A stretch of 64,000 nt of DNA from Ophelia neglecta (lineage: Eukaryota), in contig OZ260661.1 in NCBI GenBank assembly GCA_965285935.1, forward strand, positions 47,554,001-47,618,000, written 5' to 3'. The translations under genes were made by a program, and so were the position numbers. Positions 51,500-64,000 of this stretch are shown here, one piece after another. Numbering within the stretch: position 1 is the stretch's first letter; the number at the start of each line of letters is the position of its first letter. Below the pieces are notes generated by a model. That model was not told the DNA's origin, did not search any database, and saw nothing but the letters and a program-made list of their open reading frames with translations.

Positions 51500-52300
51500 T
51501 GACCTATTTAAACCCGAAGGCAAGTGACGCGTTTTGCCGGAGCACTGTGTCCCAGGGTGCCGCTGCCTTCTGGTGGTGACGTCATCACCGAAAGCAGGCC
51601 AAGCGTTATTTGCTTTCTGAGCCAATCAGCGTTCACCATGTGAGTGCGTCACACATGCATAGATTACATATATGATGCTTCGCGTATTTTTTCACACAAC
51701 TAGTCCTCAGACTGTGTGCCGTTGGTATAAGTGTATTATTGATCGTATAAACTCGCAATTAACAAGGCGTTTAGAAACGTATGCCACCCACAATTAAAAG
51801 TGATAGGAAAAGTAGCTTATAGGCACTAGGGAGGCGCCACCTATCTCAAACAATTTCACAGGCCTATATACGTTACCTGCGGTGTTTGATAAGTATGAAA
51901 TAAGCGGTATTATTTCATAGGGACGTCCTTACAATCCATTTATCCTTGGAATATTGAACAGGATTTCCAGCGCTGCGATATGGCGTCATATACGGAAATT
52001 CCGTCAATTCCGCGCGAAAACAACGTACTCCAAAACGCTTTAATGCCAGCGAAAGTCGCGACAAATAAGCTGCAAAACAGTGCATGCGCGTGCGGAAGAT
52101 GTGTTTTTAAACTACTACGAACTGGAGCTATGTGACAAGAAGGTTGGCTGTCGAGCATCTGATTAGGTGGGAAATGACACCAGTCGAGAGAGGGGAGGGG
52201 GAGGGGGCGGTAGGCGGAAAAAGGGCGGGCAGCAGCAGCAACTGATCAGCCAGCTTTGAGCATCGGCTCTTCCATAGGAGGCGATGCGTTCGGGTGAGGT
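51500..52300. promoter_or_regulatory. CpG-richer promoter-like region between divergent MCT-B and GPCR genes
   Basis: TGACGTCA (51577-51584), GCCAATCAG CCAAT box (51621-51629), GCATGCGCGTGCG (about 52082), GC boxes GGGGCGG (52204) and GGGCGG (52223). Confidence 0.45.
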
Positions 52301-53067
52301 GGGAATGAACAATGTGAACAAGACTTAGCCCGCTTTAGGCTAACATTATATATAACAACGAGAGGCTTTAGGCTCCGATTTGGAGGTTTTGGTACTAAGC
52401 GAGGGGAGCTGATGATTTATTGCTTCTTACAATATGAATAGTGCCTCAATCTTTTATCTTGTCTTTTTTTTAAAATCACTGTTGTAAGGGGCCCCTACTA
52501 GTATATTATAGAAGCACTTTAATGTATTAAGGTATCCCCACCCCTACCCCCTCCCCACCCCCAAAATATTGATCAATTACGATGCTAGCTAAATTGATAC
52601 ATACGACAAAAAGAGATCTCAAGCACTGGAGTAGTTCTATACGCATTTTATATCTCTGTCTACGCCGCAAAATTCGTTTATTGGAAAAGTTTATTTACTT
52701 GCGCCAATAAGAGGACGACAGTTAGCAACCTTTTGGATAGAAGCCTTTACAGGACTTTGCAATTTCGCTCCAGCATTGAAAGTACGTGTTAAGCACGGTA
52801 AAGCACCACTGTTGGTCACGAAACTGCCCTGGCACCACTAGTCTTCTGGCATAGAATCAATACAGCCATGCAAACATGAACACTCGTCAGACTAGTCACT
52901 CAAGTGAGCTGGCGCACGTTCAGATGACTCCACTTGGTCGTGGCGCCTTCACTCCATTGAGGTAAGAACTTTACGGTGACATATGAACAACTCCAGGCTG
53001 ATGGTGTCACGCTCTTTGATTGAGACTGGCTACTCTGGAAGAGTTCATTGCCATTGACTTTGTTACC

Positions 53068-54456
53068 ATGCCGGAAGATGCCTCTCAAACGGTGACTGGG
53101 CATCCGTGTGTATTAACATATGGATCCAACGCTGAAAAGTCTGTGGATCCCCGATTTGTACTGACGCAACTAATAACCTGCAATGTTTCTGAAACAAGAG
53201 AATATGTTGGCTCTTTTTTTCCGACCATTGATCCAGACGCCTCGGACGTCATATACGGAAACGACCAGGAAGTTATGCCGCACATAAACCAAATGACAGT
53301 GATGTTACGCATATTGAATCAATATTTTACTCCGATGATCATTACTGTGGGACTTTTTTCTAACCCTAGTGGGATACTTATCGCGCACAATGAGAATATT
53401 AGACGAAGCCCTACCGGAGTATATGTCACGGCATGTTTACTGAACGATACCATATATCTCATTTCCTTTCTGTGCCTTTGGATACAGCGATTCGGAGTGG
53501 ACATATACAAAAGCCACCTGGCCTGCGAAATACTTAGTTTCCTAACAAACACTACGAATTATCTTGGCACCTGGCTGGTGGTGTGTTTGATTGTGGAGAG
53601 TTTTATCGTCTGTTTCTTTCCTCTCAAAGCAAAAGCAATTTGTACGACTCTAAAAGCTAAACTAGTAGTGGTCGGTTTTGTTCTCGTCGCCATTGTGGTA
53701 TTTGTTAATACGACCCTGATGATGGGATTAACAAAAATAGGGGATGGGAAAATTTGCTCCCCGCTGCCTAGATTTTTTGATAGTTACCAAATACTGGCAA
53801 ATCTTGATGTATTCATCAATATAGTTTTGCCCTACTCTTTCATAACAATAGTTTCTTTAATGATAAGCGCAAAACTAATCTTGGGCAAGCGTGGCTGCGA
53901 AAATGAATCAAGAGAGACATGGGCATGTTGTGATATATTCTACTCTCGATCAGAAGGACCTGACCAAAATGAACCCATCGACACGAACTACCACAGCGCT
54001 GTATTCCTCGGCGACGGGGCTGCAGACGACATCGCTGATGATGTACATAATGACTGTGTCAGGACCGCACGAAGGGTCCGGGCAACGGTGATGATCGCCA
54101 TTAGCGTCATTTGTTTAAATTTACCCTGTCATATTTTGAGGACAAGATTTACCATTCGAGAAATAACTAATGCGATGGTCCCCATCAACTTGAAAGAATA
54201 TCTCTTGCAACAGATGTTTCAATACCCGCATTATGCTAGCTACGCCATGAAGCCGCTCCTGTGTGCTATGTTTTGGAAAGATTACAGGGTTGCCATAGCC
54301 AAAAGCATCAGTACCGCCAAAGATAAAATAATGTCAAAAAAGTGTGCTCTTAAAAACAAAACCCCAGATCCCACTCGGATCGAACTTAATGATCGTACAC
54401 TTCCTTCCGTCCGGCGTTTTTCAGGAGGGTGTAATGGAACAGTCGACTGTGTGTAA
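53068..54456 (+). CDS. Class A (rhodopsin-like) 7TM GPCR, peptide-receptor-like (FMRFamide / sex-peptide receptor-like clade), about 462 aa, no intron in CDS
   Basis: Uninterrupted ORF whose first ATG is in an ACCATG context at 53068. Seven hydrophobic segments; Cys at the top of TM3 (LACE) and in ECL2 (KICS); WLVVCLIVESFIVCFFPLKAKAICT resembles the W..V..T.ERF..V..PL....CT pattern of this clade; IVLP in TM5 and CLNLP in TM6. Confidence 0.88.
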   Translation: MPEDASQTVTGHPCVLTYGSNAEKSVDPRFVLTQLITCNVSETREYVGSFFPTIDPDASDVIYGNDQEVMPHINQMTVMLRILNQYFTPMIITVGLFSNPSGILIAHNENIRRSPTGVYVTACLLNDTIYLISFLCLWIQRFGVDIYKSHLACEILSFLTNTTNYLGTWLVVCLIVESFIVCFFPLKAKAICTTLKAKLVVVGFVLVAIVVFVNTTLMMGLTKIGDGKICSPLPRFFDSYQILANLDVFINIVLPYSFITIVSLMISAKLILGKRGCENESRETWACCDIFYSRSEGPDQNEPIDTNYHSAVFLGDGAADDIADDVHNDCVRTARRVRATVMIAISVICLNLPCHILRTRFTIREITNAMVPINLKEYLLQQMFQYPHYASYAMKPLLCAMFWKDYRVAIAKSISTAKDKIMSKKCALKNKTPDPTRIELNDRTLPSVRRFSGGCNGTVDCV

Positions 54457-57400
54457 CACCGCTTACAAACAACCCACTTGACTAGGGTCGCAGTGGTGGT
54501 ATCACTGCATTAGGCCTATAGGATTTTCGGGAATTTCATGGGTTCTTTTGCCGTGCCACTATGAATACAGTTTTTGGTTAACCACTCGAGTTATTTATCA
54601 TCAACTCTGTCACCTTAAAGTGTGATCGATTATTTAAAATTTGCAAATAATTAAATATATTTATGGCAATATCTTACAACAAAAGTTCTGGAACAACGAT
54701 TGCCATGTTCTGTGTTGGCTATACATCGGACAGAGCATGACAATTGATGTATATCTCATGATATATTATTGCACACGCGAGGTTTTTAAAATGAAAATGT
54801 CCAGTAAATGTCATGCTGACGTTCATCAAAATCCTGGTCTTGTGTTCGATTCAATCGATATTGAATATGGTAAGTAATGGTTGACTAATGAATGGCACTA
54901 TTTTGTTATAAGACTACCTCTCCATTTCAAAATATATTCCCCACTGCGTAGTATGAAATCGATTGCTCGCAACAGTGACTGACAGTAGCTTTATTCTTAC
55001 GCCTACGAAGTATAAGATGTCTGATCCCTGTGATATAGATGGGTTCTCTTGAAGCCTAAGGTCTTATCCTTTGAGCTTTTCCCACGAAGTTATATTGAGG
55101 TAGAGACGTACGTTGTTTCATTCATTCACCCATCTAATTGGTTTACCCCCTCCCGGTGTTTTTTCTTCACACAAAGAATGTACTTTCCAACGACAATATG
55201 GGTGTGAATTTCTCCACCTAAACCACTCAATGCATTCTGCGCCAAAGTCTTTTATCTTGTTCATGTATGCACTCACCGGGGAGGACCCGACCTGTACAGT
55301 TATGTCAACAATAATTCTAAAGCTTCTATACTTTGAACAATTTGTCATAGTAGGAATTAAAGTGATGATTTCGCTGAAGCAGATACTTCGCAACCGAAGC
55401 ACACAATACCGCGAACTAATAATAGGGAACACTATTTGCTTAAATCAGAGACTCAGTAAATAAACTTTTATTGTCTAGTTGATCATTTAATAGTAAGGAT
55501 ATCGAGAGATTTATGAACGGTTATTAATCAGCCATTTGTAAAGGGGGTCTGATGACGTGTCATGTTATTGGTCAATCTTCAATCGCTACTTTGTCAAATT
55601 CTATACTCTAGCGCGTTTCAAGACTATATGAATAAAATGTCATAGCCAATTCTGTCATAACATCTTTTATAGTTATGAAAAAACTCTGGAACTCTATTTA
55701 TTTTGACATAGGTGTAATTAATTTCTTCCCGTTACACATAGCCTTAGGTAAGATTCTTTAGATGCTCAGTATGACATGCGTAGTATAAAATTATCAGTGC
55801 AGATATGTGCTGAATTATGGACTGTGGGCCCTTTGACCCAACAATTAGAAATTATAGGGATCTAGGTAACGTTTTATGTATGCCTATGCATATAGTCATT
55901 ATAGAGTGTCTTAAATATCTGATGTGGAATATTTGTCGGTGTCGAATAATACGTGGCTAGAGCAGAATTTCTTTAGTGAACATGTAATTTATGTACAATG
56001 TTCCTCGGCCTAGGTGGATTATCATGATGATGGAGCACGCGCAGGAAACAACGTGTCAACGATTCCATTCGTACACCATGTCTAACACTGGCTTATTTTC
56101 TCTGACGTTTATGTTCTGGTATATAACAACCGGACGTACGCCCAAGGTGAAAACAAAGCATTCTAGTGCACGTCAGAACTTTTATATATGGGTGATGCCG
56201 GTGGGCGGTTTTCATTTTAATTTTTTCACCTAATATCCATGGGTAAATGGGGTATCTTATGCACGTAGGCTACTATAAATGAGCTTTTTCGATAGAAGCG
56301 AAGAGCGACATGACAATTCAGGAACAGGGACACAGATGCAATTACGTATGGATTCTGATCAACAAAAATTCTGATCTAGAATTAGATTCCCTATGAAAAC
56401 TCAATTACTATAAGAAGTAACCAACGTGCATGCCACAGACAGGTTACTTTTTAATCTGTGTTTTCTGAATGTCTTAAAAAAGAGGTCACTGACTTCGGAG
56501 GACTATTTCTGATTTCATCTAACTTTAGGTTTAGATATATAGGGTTTCGGAACAGTAAATGTTAGACACAAGTTGCAAAAATAATTGATTGTCAGTAGAC
56601 CTAATAACAATTTTATTTAACAAAACACTTTCATTCATCTAAGACGTTTGATAGATCAGTATTCACCAATGCCAACAAGGTTTTTCAGCCCGAATTCTTG
56701 TTGTTTTAAAGATTAGATTTTTAACATCAATTAGAATAAAATTAATGTAATCGTCAATGGAACAGAAATGCCAGAAAGGCCTGCATTGCTAATGTCTGGT
56801 GAATCCATTTACTTATTATTCAGGAGAAAGTAGAAAATAATTCGTGCGTAGGTTCTGGTTACCAATATTTCAACACATATGCCAACCCATTAAAATATGC
56901 CTTGTGGTGATCTGTTTCGCTCATATTAGAGCCGAGGGCCATGTGCATCTACTTCATACTGAATTAATATCGTACATTGCAGATGCACATGTGCAGTCAC
57001 AATAAAAGCGAAAATATCTAGTTAACAATGTATGCCTAACTATCGAGGGGATTTTATACCCTTTTCTCCTTTAGTATGCATGGACCTTTTCCATATTTCA
57101 CTGGTCATATGTTTTTGAGACAATTTTATCTTAAGCCTCGAAATTCTGAGAGGGCTTAGACAATCATATACTCCCCTAGGGCTTATTACATCTCTCTCCC
57201 GGGATGACCACCGACTCGTTCGTTTTGTTTTGACTGCTATCATGGAAACTGTTGACTGCTTCTCACTCCAATCAATTTTCATTTTCTCATTTTTTATTTA
57301 AACTAAGGTAATTTATGTGGACTTGTGACTGGTGGTTCATGATGATTTCGGACCGACCTAACGGGGCATGGTTGATCATTGATTTTGCTTTGTCGACCAG

Positions 57401-60400
57401 GTATCCACTCCCGGTTTCAGTTATAAAGCAGAACACTGCATTAAGTATAGCCTTTAAAATGGTTGCGAATTTAAACATCCCCCCCCCTGCCCCCGGCATA
57501 TAAGGTTCTCCTATAGGGCCTAGTTTAGGATTAGAATTTAACTCAATTTCTTGCCAAAGACACACACATTAGTATTGGTGTAAATAACCACATTCTTATA
57601 GAAGGACTGAAAATATAAGTCTACCTTCCATCTGTTCAAAACACCTGCAAACAAAATACCACTTTTAGTCTCTCTGGTCCTGGTAAACAGCTGATAAAAT
57701 TAATACTGCGTTTGTTTTGCAGCATCGTACAGGCCTATAATACTGTACTGAGAGCACTGGAAAACGGCATCTGTGAATGGATCATTTCCTTTAAATACTG
57801 TATATATTCATGTACCTGTGGACAGTCGTAAACAACTCGCTTCGCCGATTGTCCGATCATTGCGACTTAGACTTAACCCAACTAAATTGCATTCCGTAAA
57901 TCTGGACACTTCTTCAGTGAAGTTTCCTGCTAGAATGGCGTATTCTATGGAAATCAAGTATTTTTTCACCATAATAAGTATTTGAATCACCATAATAAAG
58001 GCTGATTGGCTTCGTTACTGCAAGAGTATTTGATAAGGAAATTACGCTGAGCTTTCTGGTAGAATATAATGTCGGTTACTAGGGTAACTCCATTGCAAAT
58101 AACTCATTTACGGTGGTCTCCGACCAGTCAGCCCTGACACATTTAACAGATCTATAGCACCGTCGAATGGTATTTTTAAGGAAAACTTATTTATTAACGA
58201 GTCTTCTATCCAGCAGACTGTGGTGTCGTTTTAGGTTAGATAAGCTTCGTCTCAATCTAATTCATTTCTTTCCGACACGAGCGGAAGATGTGGGTTCTTT
58301 TTTCATTTTCATGCCCAGAAATGCGGCACTTTGCCCAATTCACTTATACATTGGCCAATTAGTGAGTACTGATAGCCTAGCACACTTGGTCTATTTGGTA
58401 ATCCATTGCTGCTCACACGTACACAATTGGATGATGAGTTTTCCAGTCCTTAGATAAATTTCGCTAAAGAATTGCTATAGCTAAACTTTAAAAACGTTCA
58501 TCTTATCAGTATTTTGTTGTAAAATCACAACATCTTTGATACATTCTGCATGTTTAGTACTCTGCTTGAGATGAAAACGTGCTAATGTTAGGCTAATGTA
58601 GATTCCAAATTATACGCATTATTTCCTATACTGACTTGACTGAGAAGGCTAGAGCATTCTTTTAGAAAATACTGTCGGTCGTTCCAAGACAAAAGCGGAC
58701 AGTTCTACGAGATGGGAGACGATAAAATTGTCAAGCTTTGCATCTATTCTTTTAGTCCAAGGAAGGAAGTTTCCTATTCGCTTATAATAGTCTAGACACC
58801 AATTCTCCAGCGGCAAAATTAAATAGGATATCATAGCCACAGCATGCCACTGTCAAGCGCCGGAGTGGTAGTAGTAGGCGTAAGTGTAGAATTATCCCGT
58901 CCAGTGGTTCCGACCAAATGACAGAACTGTAATGACCGGGGTGTTTTGCAGAAAAGTTCGACCTTGGCTTGAAAAGATCTTAGACCGTAAATGCATGTGT
59001 TTTTAATTTCTCTTCTCATAGTACTGAATGATTACAATAGGCTATAGGCCTACCAGCTTCAAAGGAAAGCAAGTGCTGGTGATGGGTATTAGGTGGCTCC
59101 TCATAATTTCGTGCCTATTATTCTTGATGCTTGTTTTTTTTCTGTATTTCCCTAGTGCTTCGAAGAGAGTCCAAAGCGAAATTGAGAGGATAAAAGCCCC
59201 TCTTTCCTGAAAGAGTTCCAACCACTTTTAGAGATTTGGTCCGCGTGTTTAATTAAGTATTGGGATACTATACAAGAGAAAACATGCAGCAAACATACGT
59301 AAGCATTTATTTGTTCAAAAGAGTTTCAATATTATACAGTCACACATTGAAAAATATAGGCTATGATGTATTTTACAGAAAGCCCCCAGAGGAGGTATGG
59401 TTCCTCAAATAATACTTGAATGCTGCAAATATACATCTTGGATTCGCCGAAATATCGATAAAAACACGTTGGCTGAGTTCTTTAATTGGTCATCAATGCC
59501 ACTGGTTATAAATGCATTCGTGCTCATCAGTCAATTAAAAATATTCAACTCGGATGTAGATGGCAATGATCAAAGGAAGCTCAATATGATCAAAAATGAA
59601 ATGATATTATTCCAGGGTGATAAAACTATCTTTATTGCAAAATAGTAGACGTTGGCTTGTTTTAGTACATTTCCTCTTCAAAGCATGTGTCGTAGCTGGT
59701 CATAAAAATCTTCAGATAGCATTTCTGAGCAACATTTGTGCAACGTTCATAACGTGTTGGTAACGCGGGTGCCCAAAAGCCGTGTTCAACGCACTGTGAG
59801 CTCTTAGTCAATAAGATTTACTGTAGTCATACATTAACATGGCGTAATTTATTGCCAATTTATTCGGGTATTACTCGCAATGACTCAACTGTAGCGTGAG
59901 AGGAGCTTGTTCAGCTGGTACCTTCAACAGTCCATAGCAGGATTACTGTTTAATTGTATAATTGCTCCTTTGATCATGACGAAATGAATAAACAGGCAAT
60001 TCACGAATGTAAAAATCAATGAAATATTGAAGTAATTATGTTTTTCTTTAAACATCTAGTTTTTTGGCTTAGGGTAAACCGTGTATGAAAGCTGTTAAAG
60101 ACATTGAACTTGCATATTGTAACTTGCAGAGGGAGACTAAGGTGAACGAACTGTTCTGGAAATCTTCCATGGACGTTCAATTAACATAAGGTTCGGAAGG
60201 TGCATGGTGGTGGACCACTAGTGCCTTGTCGGTAAGTGTGCATGTACATGGGTATAAAAAGAAAGAAACGACAGGGCCGGGCGAAACGGCCAATTTAACC
60301 TTTAAAAAAGCGAAATAAGCGAAAAGCTTTTTTAAAAACAGCGGGATGAAATATCAAATTTTTGCGACATGAAAATCGTAGAATGCGACAAACCATCTTA

Positions 60401-60653
60401 AACAGTAAACGGGTACTATTTTCCAGGACCCATGAAGAGGCACATTAATTGCATCATGTCGTTTAGGAAAGGCCCAATTACCCATGATATAGCATATATA
60501 TATATCGCGAAGTTATCAGGGGAAAAGAAACCAAATAACATACCCTAATTCCCCAAGCTTTTCTCCAATCACACTTAGGAGTTTTACCTCGAGTTATACA
60601 CGCAAACGTAATGGTCCATCTACTTATGTCAGCCAAATTGTTCCTCCAATCTT

Positions 60654-62498
60654 CACTGGTAGGACACGATCTGAGTAACGTTTTGTTACTCAGATCATAA
60701 AATGGCGGACGCCAAATTAACTCTTGTTGGTAATTTGGCTTTTATCCATTTTATACAGCTTATATGATGGCAGTCCTTTGCTAATAGTTGTACAACAATG
60801 TCTAGATAATAGTGACACAATGTCAGAATTTATGAGAATGCATTCGGGGAGTTTTCTGCGCATGAAGATTTGCTAGGTGATCTGAGTAACAAAAAAGGCA
60901 TGATCTGAGTAACGACTTTTACTTAAATATCACTGCTACATTTATCAAGGTTTAATTGTCAGTTAAACCTTGCACAATAATAAAAAAAAATACAGTGTAA
61001 GTGAACAGAATTTTAGTTTATATTTTTACACAAGTCCATCAAGGAACAAACTAACTAATTTGCACTAAACTGATATCCAGGAAATGACACAAAGGGTAAA
61101 TATTCAGACCTGTACACAGTAAAAAAAACCTGACCTAATAAATTTGTTTTTTAGTTGTATTTATAATGTTCAGATCATAATCAAGTATCATATGACTATA
61201 ATTTTTTTGCAAAACTCATGCATACCAAACAAAGTCTGATTAATCCCCAACCTGGACAACCTTGTAATGGGAAATTCCCCTATTTTAGAATTGCTTGATT
61301 TTTCACACTCTTCAATATTTCCCCTTTACCCCAGGGTAAAATTTTCCCCTCATAATAGGGGAATTTCAGCATATGTCTAGTGGGGAAATTCGGTATATCA
61401 GGTAGGGAATTTCCCCTTTTATAGAAATGTGAAATTCCATAATTTGTCACCTATGCTTTTCAATGGGGTAGTACCTTCTGCTGTTCTAATGTTTTAACTC
61501 ACATTCACACAACCATGTGAAAGCACAGATTTGTTCTATATGGATCTGTTTGCTTATTTGTGCAAACCTTGAACACTATTGGGACATTGACTCCAATGTT
61601 AAATTATGTTTACAGGCAGTGAAAGAGCAGGAAGTTCGGAAAGGGACTTAAGTATGGTGATCGAGTATATTATCATTCATTCATGAATGTGTATACATGT
61701 TATCCTGTGGAAAATGAGTCTATGTTGGATGTGCATGTAAGATGATCAGATGGGCCAGTGGGAGTAAACTACAAGGGTGCTGATACAAAATGTAAATATC
61801 ATATTTTGTCAATACATTTAGACATTGATGCCATGTACACTTGCAGGGTAGTGAGACACATTCTGAGTTTATGAGCAAGTTCCCCTGCGAAATATGTCAC
61901 ATTTATATTGATAAGGTTATATAGACTATATTATTAAGCGTGTTACCATTTGCAATTTTTTCAGGTCAAGTTCTGCCCCTCCCTGGCATGTTTTAATTAC
62001 AAACCTTTACATTTTTATTAGACATGTTCTATCTTTGGAAGGTTCAATTGGCATCCCCATCCCCTGTCAGAGACCCTGTTGATTTTTGACCCCCCCCCCC
62101 CCCATCCTCTCCACCAAGTTAAATTAGATAATGGACTGCCTATTTTGACCCACAAACGCACATGCAATGCTTCCCATACACTGACTGCATGAGCTAATAC
62201 TGTTTGATAAATGTAGCAGTGATATATTAAGAAAAGTCGTTACTCAGATCATGCCTTTTAGTTACTCAGATCACCTAGCAAATCTTCATGCGCAGAAAAC
62301 TCCCCGAATGCATTCTTATAAATTCTGACATTGTGTCATTATTATCTAGACATTGTTGTACAACTATTAGCAAACGACTGCCATCATATAAGCTGTATAA
62401 AAATTGATAAAAGCCTAATTACCAACTAGAATAAATTTGGTGTCCGCCATTTTATGATCTGAGTAACAAAACGTTACTCAGATCGTGTCCTACCAGTG
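60654..62498. mobile_element. Non-autonomous DNA transposon, 1,845 bp, with 295-bp terminal inverted repeats
   Basis: 60654-60948 is the near-exact reverse complement of 62204-62498 with scattered mismatches. Termini are CACTGG...CCAGTG, the flanking direct repeat AATCTT lies at 60648-60653 and 62499-62504, and there is no long internal ORF. Confidence 0.95.
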
Positions 62499-64000
62499 AA
62501 TCTTTGGAATTTGGATCGACCCCTGCCCAAGGGTCGTAATTATTCTTTTTATATTTCTGGAAGATGCACTTTGCGGTCAATTTGAAATTCACATCTTAAA
62601 ATGCTGGTAGTAAAATTCATTCTGGTCAGACATAAAGAGGACCACATATCAGATAAAAAAGTCGCAAAGCAACAAGTTTATATTCAGCCTATTTCTCTTA
62701 TTTAAAAACGGCAAGACCAGACGATCTGTTTACATAGTTTATGTATTGGCAAACTAAATAACAGAAAAAAAGAGAGGCAAGTAAAAACGCGATTAGATGT
62801 CGCAGCTGACAAAAAAATAACAACATACATCTTTAACTTACTCACGGATGGGATCACTATCCTTCGGTTCATTAATTCTTTCTCTTTTAGCGCTGTGACT
62901 GAGCGTAGTCGTCTGGTGTGGTTACCCACGCCAGGAGTGGTCTAGACGTATCTGTAAAATGACGTCTGCTTGGAAGTAAATAACCTATCTATCCAATTAT
63001 TTCTCACTGTAGAAAGTAATTTGGCTCGAATCTACTGGTAACCGGAACCCTGACTCTGGTCACTTCATTTGTTTGTGCCACATTGGACAATCTACAATGT
63101 TTAAACATGGGAGTCACCAATAATGTTGGGAATGTATTAGGGTTAGAGTGGTCAGTTCCTGGTTTTTGTGGTATTCGTGGTATTTCGACTTTTCTCTTCT
63201 ACCAAGTCTTTCTATCGATTGGTATGGTATTAATCTGGAGACTCTAGGAGAAAAGTCATGGTATAATGATTTATTCATGTTTTTAATGTTTTGTTAAATT
63301 TCTTATGGAAATGTGGATCATATATACTGAAAAAAGGCAGACAGTCGCATTTAGAAATGTGCGTCATCCACTTATAGATAAAAGAGCACACAATCGCCTT
63401 TTTAAAAACTATGATTCTGATTAAAGGTCATTAAAGTGTTGTGTAGGCATTTGTTCCCGGTTATTTCGGATCCCTAAGGTTGTCATAAGAGCATTACGAA
63501 AACTATAATAGATCTAATTGAAACGATGTAATATGAGAGACGAACGGCGATCGATTTACTAACACCTGTCATATCCTGAGGTCTGAACAGGCCAGTTAAC
63601 ATATCTGATGTTAGCTTAGTTGGCTTGCTGCTGGTATTTGTAGTACGATACTTAAAGATATTACGTATGTAAGAATAAGGGGATAACTTGTAACTGAAGT
63701 TCCATATTAAAAACCTTGGGCGTGGTAGTAGGTGTGTGAAAAGATGCTGGCATTGAAGCACCGATGCATGTTAAAAAGGTGTACAGTCATTGAAACTAAA
63801 AAGGCACTCTCTATAGGCTATATAGAGCCGCTCCTCGGCGTCCCACAGGGCGTTTTTCTGGATCAAAGCCCTTTCCCCTGCATGAATAAACAAAGTATTC
63901 ACCTTCGCGCATAGAATTTTCTAGATGTATAGATCTAATAGGCAGCCTAACATCTTTTTTAAGGAGCACGTCCATTGGCATATGAAGGACCACTAAAATC

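Noticed and set aside
53020-53067. N-terminal extension of the GPCR from the ORF-track start
   Set aside because: The track start is TTG; the first ATG with good Kozak context is at 53068. An upstream coding exon is not excluded.
60272-60433. hAT-like MITE (CAGGGCCGGGCGAAA ... TTTTCCAGGACCC)
   Set aside because: The terminal match is too imperfect and I found no TSD.
54600-60600. Short ORFs of 60-116 aa and an exon-like segment at about 60130-60231
   Set aside because: No recognisable domains or consistent splice chain; the exon-like segment has stops in all three frames.

Overview
AT-rich, intron-containing animal (probably marine invertebrate) genomic DNA; I cannot fix the taxon. About half the window (3775-36684, +) is one giant polycystin-1-like (PKD1/REJ family) gene. 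My manual model has 45 coding exons, consistent splice phases throughout, and about 6,017 aa. Its architecture is: signal peptide, 4 LamG/ConA-like domains, a Caspr/neurexin-IV-type fibrinogen-like module, 4 more LamG-like domains, WSC, about 19 PKD-like repeats, REJ, GAIN/GPS (HL|T), TM1, PLAT and the polycystin channel-like TM region. Tail-to-tail with it are two tandem SLC16/MCT transporter paralogues (minus strand, 5 coding exons each). A single-coding-exon class A GPCR with degenerate DRY and NPxxY motifs follows on the + strand. Repeats include a 51-bp palindrome-containing minisatellite, a 1.85-kb non-autonomous DNA transposon with 295-bp TIRs and an apparent 6-bp TSD, small MITE-like elements and microsatellites. 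The strongest novelty candidate is the polycystin ectodomain built from neurexin/Caspr-like adhesion modules. All exon models are manual predictions without transcript evidence.
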